Below are positions 50,683 through 60,745 of a stretch of DNA of 64,000 bases, one piece after another. The notes below the pieces were generated by a model that saw only the letters and a program-made list of their open reading frames with translations, was not told where the DNA came from and ran no database searches. A program made the position numbers and the translations under genes. Source of the DNA: a virus; the IMG/VR virus record IMGVR_UViG_3300005683_000016, positions 1 to 64,000 of that record. The stretch is one strand, 5' to 3'. Within the stretch, counting starts at the first letter, position 1, and every line of letters begins with the position of its first letter.

Positions 50683-51228
50683 TTAACAGTCTCCTTGACA
50701 ATTATATTTTTTAAACGCTCTATCCACTTGGTTATAAATAATTGTAGCCTCTTCATGTTTTCCACAACACTCTGCCAAAAATTTTGCAGAGTCAAGGAGT
50801 TGGAGTAAGACAAAAATATCTTTAGACCAATTAGAAATATCAAGAGTGCAATTATTAATACCATCAAGTGTTGAACTAACATAACACATTATTTTCTTCT
50901 TAAGATTAACAATTCTAAAGTGATAATAATCTCTATAAAGACAATCATTGGGATAAACTGATTGTGTAAACTTCCAAAGTCCATCTGGAAGAATTAACAT
51001 AGAATCAAAAGAAGTAGTATCTGTCCACCCCAAAGCATTACTATTGATATAAATAGTGGAAAGCGTAGGGTAAATTAAAGAATAAACAGTAGAAAAATTA
51101 GGAGGACTAACTTTAAGCAGGGGTTGATCCACTTCTACGTCAGGGTTATATTCAGATACATCCTGAAGATAAATTAACTTTTCATTAGGGGTATCTATAA
51201 ACAATAATTCTAATTGAGTCTGGTTCAT
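50683..51228 (-). CDS. Putative tail hub/fibre-docking structural protein
   Basis: DVSEYNP...LPDGLWKF...CC...CQGDC; position after the ring gene. Confidence 0.55.
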   Translation of the reverse strand: MNQTQLELLFIDTPNEKLIYLQDVSEYNPDVEVDQPLLKVSPPNFSTVYSLIYPTLSTIYINSNALGWTDTTSFDSMLILPDGLWKFTQSVYPNDCLYRDYYHFRIVNLKKKIMCYVSSTLDGINNCTLDISNWSKDIFVLLQLLDSAKFLAECCGKHEEATIIYNQVDRAFKKYNCQGDC

Positions 51229-51237
51229 TTTTTAAAT

Positions 51238-51903
51238 TTAAGTATGTTTAATTCCTCTCTCTTGAGTTGTTTTATAATTCCACTGATCTGAAGTATCTGC
51301 CGATAAAAGATTGCAAGTATCGTTTAAAATTTCAATTAAAGACGGCCCTTGAAACTCTGGATGTACGTCAGTGGTGATTACTCCATTTACATCACTAAAC
51401 CCGTCACTCATGTTGATTGAGATTGGATACCTATAATATACTAAAACTATGTCAGATATTTGAAAAGAATTTTCTAAATCTGAATAAACTCTTAATTTAT
51501 TACCTATTAAGGTACACAGAGTTTCTCCCCATTCTATAGAAGGTTTCCAAAACTCATCTCTTAACAAAAGATTGATGTCCCCTTCTTTTTTAAGAATGTT
51601 TCTTATTTCACAAGGAGTATAAGAGACAGATCTTTTATAGTGAAAATAATCCAAGGGAAGATCTATTTCGTAATAGTTGTTGGTTGAAGTAGGTTTTAAT
51701 AGGTCGGTTTCTTTTAGCAACTGTTGAACTTCATCTTTACGAATAATGTTAGTTTCTGCTAATTTTATTCTATCTTCTGCCCATTGAAGTTGAACACTGT
51801 TGAACGCTAATACAAAAGCGTGTTTTGGAATGTTGTCTCCAAAGTTTGAACCAAGACGATTCAACCTTTCCTGCATATATTTATAAGCCTCGTTAACCGT
51901 CAT
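51238..51903 (-). CDS. Head-tail adaptor/ring protein
   Basis: Likely start MTVNEAY at 51903. FNSVQLQW, LPLDYFHY, FWKPSIEWGET and LVYYRYP motifs. Confidence 0.7.
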   Translation of the reverse strand: MTVNEAYKYMQERLNRLGSNFGDNIPKHAFVLAFNSVQLQWAEDRIKLAETNIIRKDEVQQLLKETDLLKPTSTNNYYEIDLPLDYFHYKRSVSYTPCEIRNILKKEGDINLLLRDEFWKPSIEWGETLCTLIGNKLRVYSDLENSFQISDIVLVYYRYPISINMSDGFSDVNGVITTDVHPEFQGPSLIEILNDTCNLLSADTSDQWNYKTTQERGIKHT

Positions 51904-51923
51904 CGTTTTAAGTTTAAGAAAAG

Positions 51924-51957
51924 AAAAAAAGGGAGTAGGAGTAATACCCCCACTCCC
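51924..51957 (-). terminator. Intrinsic terminator
   Basis: GGGAGTGGGGGT-ATT-ACTCCTACTCCC stem followed by T7. Confidence 0.85.
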
Positions 51958-51979
51958 CCGGTTATTTAGCAATTAAAGG

Positions 51980-53998
51980 TTAAACCCAATTCTCCAATTT
52001 TGCTTCAGGGAAAGCACTACCAACGAGTTGTTTAACACTTGTTACTGTAGCACTATCTTTTTGGTTGACAAAAAGAGTTACACAGTGACGACGGTTAGAA
52101 TGACTGGTAGTAGTATTTTGAGCGTAATCTTCATTGAAGTAGATGTCTACTGCATAGTAGAAGTCATCTGTATTTACACCCAACTTAATTCCTTCACGCT
52201 GCAAGAACAACTGATTGGTTTTATCAGTTTGGTTAACCCAAGGCTCTTGATTGTAGTAACGATCAGTGATAATACGTTTGATAACATCATCTCCTCTCAG
52301 TTGACGGAAAGTAGCACGTTGAGCATGTAACCAAGTAGGACTTGTGTAATTACAAATACGAGTGTCTTGATCATCACGATAAACGGTTACTACCAGTTCA
52401 ACGGGTTCTTTTTCTAAATAGGTTGCAAAGTCATATCCTGCAAAGTTGTCCAAAAGTTGAGTGGTGGGTAATGTTTCAAACTTGATACCACATTGGCAAC
52501 AATTGTCATCTGCTACAGGAGGTACGGGACAACCAGTATCTTCATCATAAGTCCAACCTACGCAAGGACAGACAGCCCAATGAGAACCTTTAAAGGGAGG
52601 AAGAGGATCAAAGCGCGGTGCTGGTTCAGTATCACAATCTGCTGTCAAATAAGCATTATTGTACTGACTAATAGTAAGTTGCATTACACAACCAGAGGGA
52701 TCATTTTGATCACCCAAAGCAAGAGAATCTGCAACCACATCAGAAAGATTACCAAAAAATGCTGCTGCTTCAGCAAGAAGAACTGCTTGAGTATCTTCAG
52801 GATCATCACCACATACATCAGCACCCAAGGAAAGACACAAATCACGTTGAACCTTATACGTAGTTCCGGCAGTTAACCAAGAAGTTGTAGTAGAACCACC
52901 AGAACATTGATCGGGAACTGTACCCAAAGCAGTAAGAACCTTGTAGTTATTTACCAAGGAATCCGTGAGTTCTGTATCACTGATCAAGTGCCAGATAGCA
53001 CCATTTGCAGTGGTAGATACTTTAGTTCCACTGGTTACATCAGTCCAGATACCTTGAATTGTACTAAGAGTTGTCAAAGGCCCATCTTCCCCACCGATTT
53101 CAACAAGGTAAGCGTAACCACCATCTACCGAAGAATAACCAGAAGGACAATCACCACATTCGTTTACAAAGATTACTGTTTGTTGAGTAAAACTGGAGGG
53201 AGCACCACCAGTTTTAATAATTTCGTAAGTAGTGTAAGGAGCCTTACGTTCTACTACAGTTACTTTGTTACTGGTGTACTGATTTTGAACAGCAGAGAGA
53301 GCGAGTTCATCACCATTGTCACATACGGTAAGACGATACTTATTGAAAGTAGTCTTGGTCAAACCAGTAGGTTCTTCTGCGCATTTAACAACTTTGGAAG
53401 CCTTGAAAAAACGAGATACCCACAAACCGTTGTTGAAACGGTCTACCAGATCATCAATATACTTGTAACAATCTTCACCTGTATTGCAACCTACTTGAGT
53501 GCAGGTATCACAACAATCAGTGGAAAATTCAATAATCTCTCGCATTTCACCGGGAAAGATGTTGCGAACAGGACGACCTTTTACTTCTACATGAAACATG
53601 TAAGTTTTACCACACTCAAAATTGAGTGATTGGCAAGGCGCAAGTGTACCGTTGTAACCCAAGTAATATACGTTGGGTTTTTCAGTTTCTTTAGGAACCT
53701 GATAACGAAGTACATCTACGTTTTTTACGGGAATCAATTCTGTACGAAAATTGAGATCAGAATTGTTCAAATTGGAAAGACGCTCCGGTTTGGAGTTTTG
53801 TGTGAATTGACGAATGTTGGGAGAACCCACAGCCATATAAACCTTGCGATGTTTAACAACATCACCTGCACTCAAGGTTTTGTGTGTGTCCTCGTTGAAG
53901 ATGCCCAACTCAAAAGGCAACAGATTTTCAATGCTTTTGTTAGCACTGGCAACGCTTCGTACAATCCAGGAAGTTGGAATGTGTTTTGGAAAAGACAT
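51980..53998 (-). CDS. Cys-rich abundant structural protein (auxiliary capsid protein-like)
   Basis: 672 aa, two genes downstream of the major capsid protein; MCP-like codon bias; followed by a terminator. Confidence 0.65.
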   Translation of the reverse strand: MSFPKHIPTSWIVRSVASANKSIENLLPFELGIFNEDTHKTLSAGDVVKHRKVYMAVGSPNIRQFTQNSKPERLSNLNNSDLNFRTELIPVKNVDVLRYQVPKETEKPNVYYLGYNGTLAPCQSLNFECGKTYMFHVEVKGRPVRNIFPGEMREIIEFSTDCCDTCTQVGCNTGEDCYKYIDDLVDRFNNGLWVSRFFKASKVVKCAEEPTGLTKTTFNKYRLTVCDNGDELALSAVQNQYTSNKVTVVERKAPYTTYEIIKTGGAPSSFTQQTVIFVNECGDCPSGYSSVDGGYAYLVEIGGEDGPLTTLSTIQGIWTDVTSGTKVSTTANGAIWHLISDTELTDSLVNNYKVLTALGTVPDQCSGGSTTTSWLTAGTTYKVQRDLCLSLGADVCGDDPEDTQAVLLAEAAAFFGNLSDVVADSLALGDQNDPSGCVMQLTISQYNNAYLTADCDTEPAPRFDPLPPFKGSHWAVCPCVGWTYDEDTGCPVPPVADDNCCQCGIKFETLPTTQLLDNFAGYDFATYLEKEPVELVVTVYRDDQDTRICNYTSPTWLHAQRATFRQLRGDDVIKRIITDRYYNQEPWVNQTDKTNQLFLQREGIKLGVNTDDFYYAVDIYFNEDYAQNTTTSHSNRRHCVTLFVNQKDSATVTSVKQLVGSAFPEAKLENWV

Positions 53999-54029
53999 TT
54001 TTAATTAGTTTGTTTGTTAAAGTTAAATA

Positions 54030-54041
54030 GTTAGTTAATTA
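54030..54041 (-). promoter_or_regulatory. TAATTAACTAAC leader motif (copy 1)
   Basis: Identical 12-mer upstream of three consecutive head genes. Confidence 0.45.
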
Positions 54042-54899
54042 ATCTGTATACTGTTTGAGTTGAGCCATAATTGAAGTTGGAGAATCGTTTTTACTACCTG
54101 TTCCCATAATATCCTGATTAGCAGGATCAGTACAGAAACGGATAATTTCTTCTTCATTTCTCCCTAATGGGGTTTGTGTTGCAAACAACACATATTGACC
54201 ATTTGTATTTCTAATAATGTTACGATAAATTGCTTCACGAACACTTACTACAGTTTGAAGGTATTCAGGTTCAATCTTCATAATATCTAAAAACTGAATA
54301 GCGTTTTTAGAAGACTTGTCTACATAGTCGTAGAGTTTATCAAAAGAGGTGTCTTTATTGTTACCTACTCCAATACTTACTCCGAAGATATATTTAGCCA
54401 AAAGATTAATACGATTGGAAGAAGCAGACTTAAGTTTACCCAATTCAATAAATGCTTGAGTTTTAGATTCCTTACCTTTTACCCTTTCTTCTACTTCAGC
54501 ATATTCATCGCTGGCTATAAACTTAAAAGTATCAACAGGAGAGTTCTCAATTTCTATTTCACTTGTTGCTACAATACCCATCCCACCGTTTACTTTAAGA
54601 ACGTGAAGATCAAAAGCATCCTTAGGGTTTTTAATGTCGTAAGCAGAAATGTCGTGATTAATTTTAATCTCGTAAGTGCTTAAAAATTGTTCTCCTTCAG
54701 GAGAATCAAAAGTTACACCAAAATGTTTTTCAAACCTCTCTCGAAGTTTTTTATCTTCAAGACCAATATTGTAACGATTATTAACAATAGGGATTTCCAT
54801 TGTAGTTACACAATTAGGAAATACCGACATGTTGTATCGTTCCAAACCCATCAAATTTGTACCCTCTTTAGGAGGACGTTGTTTAACAAAGATTGCCAT
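54039..54899 (-). CDS. Conserved crAss-like protein downstream of the major capsid protein
   Basis: Synteny; RYNIGL and VREAIYRNIIR...LGRN...FCTDPANQD motifs. Confidence 0.65.
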   Translation of the reverse strand: MAIFVKQRPPKEGTNLMGLERYNMSVFPNCVTTMEIPIVNNRYNIGLEDKKLRERFEKHFGVTFDSPEGEQFLSTYEIKINHDISAYDIKNPKDAFDLHVLKVNGGMGIVATSEIEIENSPVDTFKFIASDEYAEVEERVKGKESKTQAFIELGKLKSASSNRINLLAKYIFGVSIGVGNNKDTSFDKLYDYVDKSSKNAIQFLDIMKIEPEYLQTVVSVREAIYRNIIRNTNGQYVLFATQTPLGRNEEEIIRFCTDPANQDIMGTGSKNDSPTSIMAQLKQYTD

Positions 54900-54918
54900 T
54901 TTAATTATATTGTTGATT

Positions 54919-54930
54919 GTTAGTTAATTA
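54919..54930 (-). promoter_or_regulatory. TAATTAACTAAC leader motif (copy 2)
   Basis: Identical 12-mer, just downstream of the MCP terminator. Confidence 0.45.
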
Positions 54931-54952
54931 TAAGATTAAAAGTTTAAAATTT

Positions 54953-54988
54953 AAAAAAACCCGGCAGTTTGAATCAGGGACTGCCGGG
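54953..54988 (-). terminator. Intrinsic terminator after the major capsid gene
   Basis: CCCGGCAGT...ACTGCCGGG perfect 9-bp stem followed by T7. Confidence 0.85.
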
Positions 54989-55002
54989 AATAAGGTTCCA
55001 AA

Positions 55003-56688
55003 TTACCCGAAATAGGGTTCAAAGATAGGACGACCTGTACGGGGATTGTAAGGTTTAATCAAAAGGGATTTGGTGGGATCTTTTACCCAATAAGCCTTGT
55101 GACGTTTTTCAATATAAACTTCAAAACCTGGAACACCGGGGCCACTGGATTGATAAGGGCCAGAACGAGAAGTACCAAGGTTAGGATTATCCATGTAATT
55201 CATACGACCATTTACATAAAAGTGATTGAAATCACGATCAGGGCCATACACAATTTCATAGATGTTGTCATTTTGAGCAGTCAAGTCATCAATGATAAAT
55301 ACATAAGAACTCAAACGGTGCCCATCAACCATCGGATTTTCGAGATCATTAGCATGGATAGGATCAAGTGCAGGAACATGCACAAACTCTACCACACCAA
55401 AAGACATACGATATTTGATAAAGTTGGGAGCATCCAGATAAAGTTTCTGATTATCGTTACCAGAGATGTACTTGTCGGAATCCCAAGTAAGACCCAAAGA
55501 TTGAGCAACATCCAACATTTGACCTCTTACCAACTTAAGACCTGCAAGACCAGTACCAATACGAATTACATTTTGACCATAGGGATCAATTTTGTCTTTG
55601 AGACGACTGGTAATCCAACTTTCGAGTTTACGAAGTTGGAACTTGGGAATATTGTAATTGTAAGTAGGGCCAAGATTCATTTGTTGGAAAAGACCAACAG
55701 GAAGACGTACTTGAGTTCTACCTTCTACATCAAGAGTACCACCAGCACCCCACATAGCGTAGAATTCAACGTCACGTTCTACCATTGTCATAGCAAGTGC
55801 TTCAACTTCAGGAATCCATGTACGTTTCACAATGTCACGTGCAAGGGCTTTTTCATCACCTTTGTAAGCCTGAACAAGTGTAGAATAGTCACCTTGTCCA
55901 CTACGAGATACATCCCAAGCAGCACTGCCGGGACGAAGTTGATACATCTCAATTACTTTACGATACTCTTTAAGACCAAGAACACACTTCTGACTAATAG
56001 TAGAAAGGGCTGCATCACGAGTTACAGTAAAGTGTACGTTAGCAATACCCTGACCTACATAGTTGTAGTATTCGGTGTAACCAGTCTTAATTGTACCAAA
56101 GTCGTTGTAAGTCTGACCGTATTCACCCAAGAGAGAACCAATTTGAAAGAAGATAGTACCTGCTTGCAAGTACTCTTTGGGGAACCACTTGAGTTTTTTG
56201 TTGGTCGAGTTAAGTTTAACAGTGTAAATTACACCATCACCGTCGTTACGAATTTCATCAGCAGTAACATAAAGTTCAATACCACTGAATTTATCCGGGG
56301 TGATAATAGCACTATTACCAAAAGAACGTTTGTTAAGTTTCAACTTAAAAGTAGTTCCTTCAATACCGGGTTTGTCTACACCACTTACATCTTCTACGAC
56401 ATAAGTAGGTTGATCTGCAATTGGGGTTTTCCAAGTAAAAATGTGTCCGTCCATTTGGAGAACACGATTTTGACCTTTACCAATCAAATCCCACATGCCC
56501 GGACGTTCCATATAACCTGTGGTTATCCAAGGAGTAATCATACCGAGATCTGTGGCATCTTGAGCCTTACCTGCTTCCATTTGCATCAGGTGGGCTTTGT
56601 CAAGGTGTACATGGTAATCATACTCCCTCTGTTGGAGGTAGATACCATTTACAAGTGTTTTTGGAATCGTTTGAACATTGGTTGTCAT
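55003..56688 (-). CDS. Major capsid protein (crAss-like, HK97 fold)
   Basis: 561 aa, after the portal and scaffold-like genes; strong codon bias; GLFQQM, VHVPALD and WVKDPTKS motifs. Confidence 0.85.
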   Translation of the reverse strand: MTTNVQTIPKTLVNGIYLQQREYDYHVHLDKAHLMQMEAGKAQDATDLGMITPWITTGYMERPGMWDLIGKGQNRVLQMDGHIFTWKTPIADQPTYVVEDVSGVDKPGIEGTTFKLKLNKRSFGNSAIITPDKFSGIELYVTADEIRNDGDGVIYTVKLNSTNKKLKWFPKEYLQAGTIFFQIGSLLGEYGQTYNDFGTIKTGYTEYYNYVGQGIANVHFTVTRDAALSTISQKCVLGLKEYRKVIEMYQLRPGSAAWDVSRSGQGDYSTLVQAYKGDEKALARDIVKRTWIPEVEALAMTMVERDVEFYAMWGAGGTLDVEGRTQVRLPVGLFQQMNLGPTYNYNIPKFQLRKLESWITSRLKDKIDPYGQNVIRIGTGLAGLKLVRGQMLDVAQSLGLTWDSDKYISGNDNQKLYLDAPNFIKYRMSFGVVEFVHVPALDPIHANDLENPMVDGHRLSSYVFIIDDLTAQNDNIYEIVYGPDRDFNHFYVNGRMNYMDNPNLGTSRSGPYQSSGPGVPGFEVYIEKRHKAYWVKDPTKSLLIKPYNPRTGRPIFEPYFG

Positions 56689-56727
56689 TTTTTCTTTTTT
56701 TAATTTAATTTAATTAAAGTGTTAGTT

Positions 56728-56739
56728 GTTAGTTAATTA
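56728..56739 (-). promoter_or_regulatory. TAATTAACTAAC leader motif (copy 3)
   Basis: Identical 12-mer in the MCP leader. Confidence 0.45.
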
Positions 56740-57873
56740 TTACAGTGAAAGAGGCCATTTATAGTATTTTTCTTTGACCGGAGTTTCTTTTCGAGAAGAG
56801 TCCGGTTTAGAAACACCTCCACCTATTTTTAATCCGTTACTTTTTTTGATGTCTTTTACTACTTCGTTAGTTACTTGAGTAACTGCTCGTTTAGTGTAGA
56901 CATCTTCGAACTTTTCAGGATTAGTAAGCAAAAGAGTTGCAAGAGCAAGATTTTCAAGCGAACCCTTTTTATCGTACTTGTTAAAGAAGATGATTGCTTC
57001 AAGTGGAGTCATAGTTACTTTCTTACCTCCGTGAATAGTTACTTCCATTTCATCATTGGTTAAGAAAGAATAGACTTGACTCAAATCTTCTTTGTTAAGT
57101 TTTACTCCTTTGATTTGTCCTTCTTTTAGGACATTGATAACTCTTTGGGTATAGTCTTCGGAAACCTTTTTTTCCAACTCTCGAAGATTTTTTTGTTCTT
57201 CTTCCTTTTGTCGAGCAATATTTTCTGCTTCGAGATCCAGTTTAGGTTTAATTCGTTTTGCTTCTTTTTCCATCAAACCAGCGTCTTTTAACTCGCTAAT
57301 TTTCTCATCTATTTCTTCAGAGGTAAACTTGTCTTCATTTTTGTACCACTGACGAAGAATTTTTTCCTGATCGTATTCGTTTTCTGCGTTTAGAGATTTG
57401 ATCTGATTTTCTTCGACCAAAGTTCTAAGAAACTGATCTACATTTTCTCCCTTAGCGTTTACGTCATACTTAATAAGACGCTGAGAGTAGTCTGACAAGG
57501 AGGTGAAAAAAGAGTCAAAAGATTCTTCTACTTTTTTATTAATGTTTACTTCTAAAAACTTGGTCAGTGTTTCTTTAGTTACAGGAGCGTTTTCATCAAA
57601 GTCTTCCCAAACTTCACTATAACCAAGATCTACGAGTTCATTAATTGCAGTAACGTAAACTTTTTCATCGGTTTCTACTTCTTCCTCTTCTTCTTCTTTT
57701 ACAGAAACACCTTTTACAGGTTCTTTTTCTTCTTCCTCTTTAACAGGAGGTTCATCTTTTTTTGGTTCTTCTTTCTTTCCGAAGTCTAAACCAATGATGT
57801 CGGAGAATTCTTCGTCGTTAATTACTTCAGGATTACTAAATTCAAGACCGATTGATGTACTGTCGATTTGCAT
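56740..57873 (-). CDS. Acidic scaffold-like protein
   Basis: E/D/K-rich coiled-coil protein between the portal and MCP genes. Confidence 0.7.
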   Translation of the reverse strand: MQIDSTSIGLEFSNPEVINDEEFSDIIGLDFGKKEEPKKDEPPVKEEEEKEPVKGVSVKEEEEEEVETDEKVYVTAINELVDLGYSEVWEDFDENAPVTKETLTKFLEVNINKKVEESFDSFFTSLSDYSQRLIKYDVNAKGENVDQFLRTLVEENQIKSLNAENEYDQEKILRQWYKNEDKFTSEEIDEKISELKDAGLMEKEAKRIKPKLDLEAENIARQKEEEQKNLRELEKKVSEDYTQRVINVLKEGQIKGVKLNKEDLSQVYSFLTNDEMEVTIHGGKKVTMTPLEAIIFFNKYDKKGSLENLALATLLLTNPEKFEDVYTKRAVTQVTNEVVKDIKKSNGLKIGGGVSKPDSSRKETPVKEKYYKWPLSL

Positions 57874-57973
57874 AATTGTTGGTTTAAGATAATGATAATA
57901 TTAATTTTCTACAAGTATAACTTACTAATAACGTTTGTTACGATAAATTAGATTAGTAGTCATCTTAATGATT

Positions 57974-60691
57974 CTACTTTGAATATTTGTTTTTGTTTGT
58001 TTTTGCAATTAATAGATCGTTTTGAGATTTCTTTAAATCTGCTAATATTTTCTCTCTGCTAACATTTATTTTTTCTCTTTCGAGATCTAACTTGGATTGG
58101 TTAAGATTTCTATCTTCTACCGCTTTTTGCTTGTTCATATCAGCAGTAATCCTGTCTCTGTTAAGAGAAGTTAAAAGAGAATTATAGGTTGCTTTTTCTT
58201 TATCTTGAATTTGTTTAAGTTTAAGAAGTTCCTCATAACCGTCTCCTTCACTGAATTGAGACTGACCTATTACTCTGATTTCAGCAATTCTTTCTTCAGA
58301 TTCTCTATCAAGTTGTTTTTGGCGTGCTTCTTCTTCAAGTTTGGTTTGAAGCATTCTTTCTTGTGATTCTATTTGTTGTTGAACTAAGGATTGTTCTTGT
58401 TGATATTTTTGAGTTTCTTCTATTTGTTTTTTTAAGTTGATGTCTTTAAGTTTAGTATGGAGTTCAGAAACGCTTTTAGTACTTAAAGCAGTCACTTTTT
58501 CGTACAGATCTGCTCCCATTGTGTTATCTTGAAGAACCAGAGTTTTAATAGTCTGAATCAGAGAGTTGTCATCTATGCTTGAAGAGACGTAAACCCCTAA
58601 AAGATGAAGACTTAAATCTTCAGGAATAGAAAATATTTGACGTTCTCCTTCATCAGTGATGTACATTTTGGTTGGGTTGTTACCTCGAATGTCGTGGTAT
58701 TTAGCACATTCCAACATGGTTTGTCTAACAGACTCAAAGAGGGAGAAGTGTTCATCATACAAAGGTTTTAGTTGAGTTACACTTCTTTCAATTCCTTGTT
58801 GGATTCCTGTAGCAGTCTCGGAGGGTGAGATGTCTCCAAGAATCTGAGGAGAAAGTCCTACTTGAAGTAAGCATTCGTTCTTACATATTTCGGCAAGTTT
58901 TGCTTTTTCTAAAATCTGAGTAGTTACAGTGAGGTCTACTTCTTGTCCATAACCTCCAGTTGCAGCAAGCCCTGACTGTCCTGTATTTCCTAAAGAAGAA
59001 TCAACAGGGCCTACCTGTGTATCCCTTGCTGTGAGAATCCACTTCATGTAATTTTGTCTTCCCCACTCTTCTCCCATTGATTCTTGGGGGATGACATTTT
59101 GATTCATCAAAAAGAACTTACCTATTTCTCCCTTGATTAGTTGGTCGTTTCTATTCCATAAATAATTATAGAAAACCTGCCAAGGTTTACACTTATCTAC
59201 TAAGGTGATAGGATCATTATACTTGTTGGTTCTTGGGCCACCGTGAACAGGAATATAAGAACCGTATCTATATTCAGGTTTGGAAAGTTGAAAGGGATAT
59301 TTTTCTAAGGTAATCCAAATATCATCGTTGTTATCCGGGTTGGGATTTGTAGAGAGGTTGATCTTAAGAACCCTCCACAACTCATTGGTGTAGAACCAGT
59401 CTATGTGTTCACCATAAACCAAGGTTCTTTCTGTCTTTTCTTTTAAGATTGTAGTGTCATAAACAGGGTCTATGGTAGGTTTATAATACTCGTCCACTAT
59501 AGAGGAGACTTTTTCTCCTCCATTGGTCATTGTTAACTTTCCTAACTTACGGGGAATTTGGAGATACATGTGACAAATCTCCACAAGTCTTTCTTTATAC
59601 TCACCTCCTCTGTATCTATCATCTGTGTATTTAGAACCTCCTATTTCTCTGAACGCTAAGTAGTTTTGAGCAGCCTCTATATCTCCAGGAGTGTCAAGAT
59701 TGTATCTTTCGTTCGTGTTAATGTTAAGAAGAGTTCGATAGTGAATATGAAGGCTCTCCAACTTTTCCATACTCTCTTCGTCCAGTTTGGAACCAAAGCG
59801 AGTAATTAAGTTAAGAGGAGATTCGTATTCGTGCCACATGAACATTATCCCTTCACTTACATCGTCTATATAGGGACTCTTAAGATAAGCACAATAACGA
59901 GGATCTAAGACTTGAACAGAATAATCTGACTCAGAAAGGTTTACATGAACAAAAGGATGGTCTGTTACCAACTTATTAAAGAAGGCTTGTTTTTCTATGT
60001 CGTGTAACTTATATCTTCTTTGATCCATTTGAAGAGTATGATTGGCCCAATTCTCTGTTTCCAATCGAAACTCTTTTGCCATATATTTTTGGATTTTTGG
60101 CATCTGTTGAAACATTTCCATTTGTTGTTGGTAGACATCTGGGTGTGTTTCAGGTGTTACTCCTTGACTTTCAAGATCAGCGTTAAACTGTTCTTGGAGG
60201 GGTTGAATCAACATTTTTCGTAGAAGATTGTTTTTTTCTTCTACTATCATGTTTACTGCTTCTGGATTAACTGCTATTGCGGAGTAGTTAGTGTAGTTTT
60301 TGGACAACTCTCCTACTAACGTATTTATGATGTTAGGAATAATGGGGTAGAATTTAAGATCAAAATCTAAACTCTCTCCGTCCATTAATTCTAATTCTGC
60401 TTTATACTCAGAGTCTTGTTTAACGTAATCACTTGTATCAATTATCCCATAGGCTAAGTTAAACTTTTTATTAATAGCATCTCTGTGACGATTAATCTGT
60501 TGTCTACCTATCCATTCATAGTGATAAACTAATTGTTTAATCTTAGCAAAGTCATCCTTTTCTTTTTCTTCCTCAGAAAGAACAAAGGAATAGTCCATTG
60601 TTCCGTCTGTGTTCTGTTTGGTTCCCGGAATTACCTTCTTGGGTAATTTGGGTTTCATTCCTAATTGTGGTCTTTGATTTGAAGTAGTCAT
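57974..60691 (-). CDS. Portal protein
   Basis: 905 aa, after the terminase; FYPIIPNIINTLVGE, KPWQVFYN, GLSPQILG...ETATG; coiled-coil C-terminus. Confidence 0.88.
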   Translation of the reverse strand: MTTSNQRPQLGMKPKLPKKVIPGTKQNTDGTMDYSFVLSEEEKEKDDFAKIKQLVYHYEWIGRQQINRHRDAINKKFNLAYGIIDTSDYVKQDSEYKAELELMDGESLDFDLKFYPIIPNIINTLVGELSKNYTNYSAIAVNPEAVNMIVEEKNNLLRKMLIQPLQEQFNADLESQGVTPETHPDVYQQQMEMFQQMPKIQKYMAKEFRLETENWANHTLQMDQRRYKLHDIEKQAFFNKLVTDHPFVHVNLSESDYSVQVLDPRYCAYLKSPYIDDVSEGIMFMWHEYESPLNLITRFGSKLDEESMEKLESLHIHYRTLLNINTNERYNLDTPGDIEAAQNYLAFREIGGSKYTDDRYRGGEYKERLVEICHMYLQIPRKLGKLTMTNGGEKVSSIVDEYYKPTIDPVYDTTILKEKTERTLVYGEHIDWFYTNELWRVLKINLSTNPNPDNNDDIWITLEKYPFQLSKPEYRYGSYIPVHGGPRTNKYNDPITLVDKCKPWQVFYNYLWNRNDQLIKGEIGKFFLMNQNVIPQESMGEEWGRQNYMKWILTARDTQVGPVDSSLGNTGQSGLAATGGYGQEVDLTVTTQILEKAKLAEICKNECLLQVGLSPQILGDISPSETATGIQQGIERSVTQLKPLYDEHFSLFESVRQTMLECAKYHDIRGNNPTKMYITDEGERQIFSIPEDLSLHLLGVYVSSSIDDNSLIQTIKTLVLQDNTMGADLYEKVTALSTKSVSELHTKLKDINLKKQIEETQKYQQEQSLVQQQIESQERMLQTKLEEEARQKQLDRESEERIAEIRVIGQSQFSEGDGYEELLKLKQIQDKEKATYNSLLTSLNRDRITADMNKQKAVEDRNLNQSKLDLEREKINVSREKILADLKKSQNDLLIAKTNKNKYSK

Positions 60692-60694
60692 CCT

Positions 60695-60725
60695 ATAATA
60701 TAACTCTTTTTAAGAGTATGTCAAA
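60695..60725 (-). promoter_or_regulatory. Putative phage promoter TTTGAnAT-N12-AGTTATATTAT (copy 2)
   Basis: TTTGACATACTCTTAAAAAGAGTTATATTAT, 3 nt before the first portal ATG. Confidence 0.6.
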
Positions 60726-60745
60726 TTTTTTGTTCAATTATTTTA

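Noticed and set aside
50056-51972. ORF-track upstream starts at 50163, 50882 and 51972 (also 15264 and 37422)
   Set aside because: Most overlap neighbouring genes or a terminator. Downstream ATGs (50055, 50672, 51903, 15240, 37395) give better operon packing and more plausible N-termini.
55099-56703. 534-aa plus-strand ORF antisense to the major capsid gene (also 52028-54004 antisense ORFs)
   Set aside because: These mirror strongly codon-biased, highly expressed genes that avoid TTA/CTA/TCA codons. The translations have no protein-like features.
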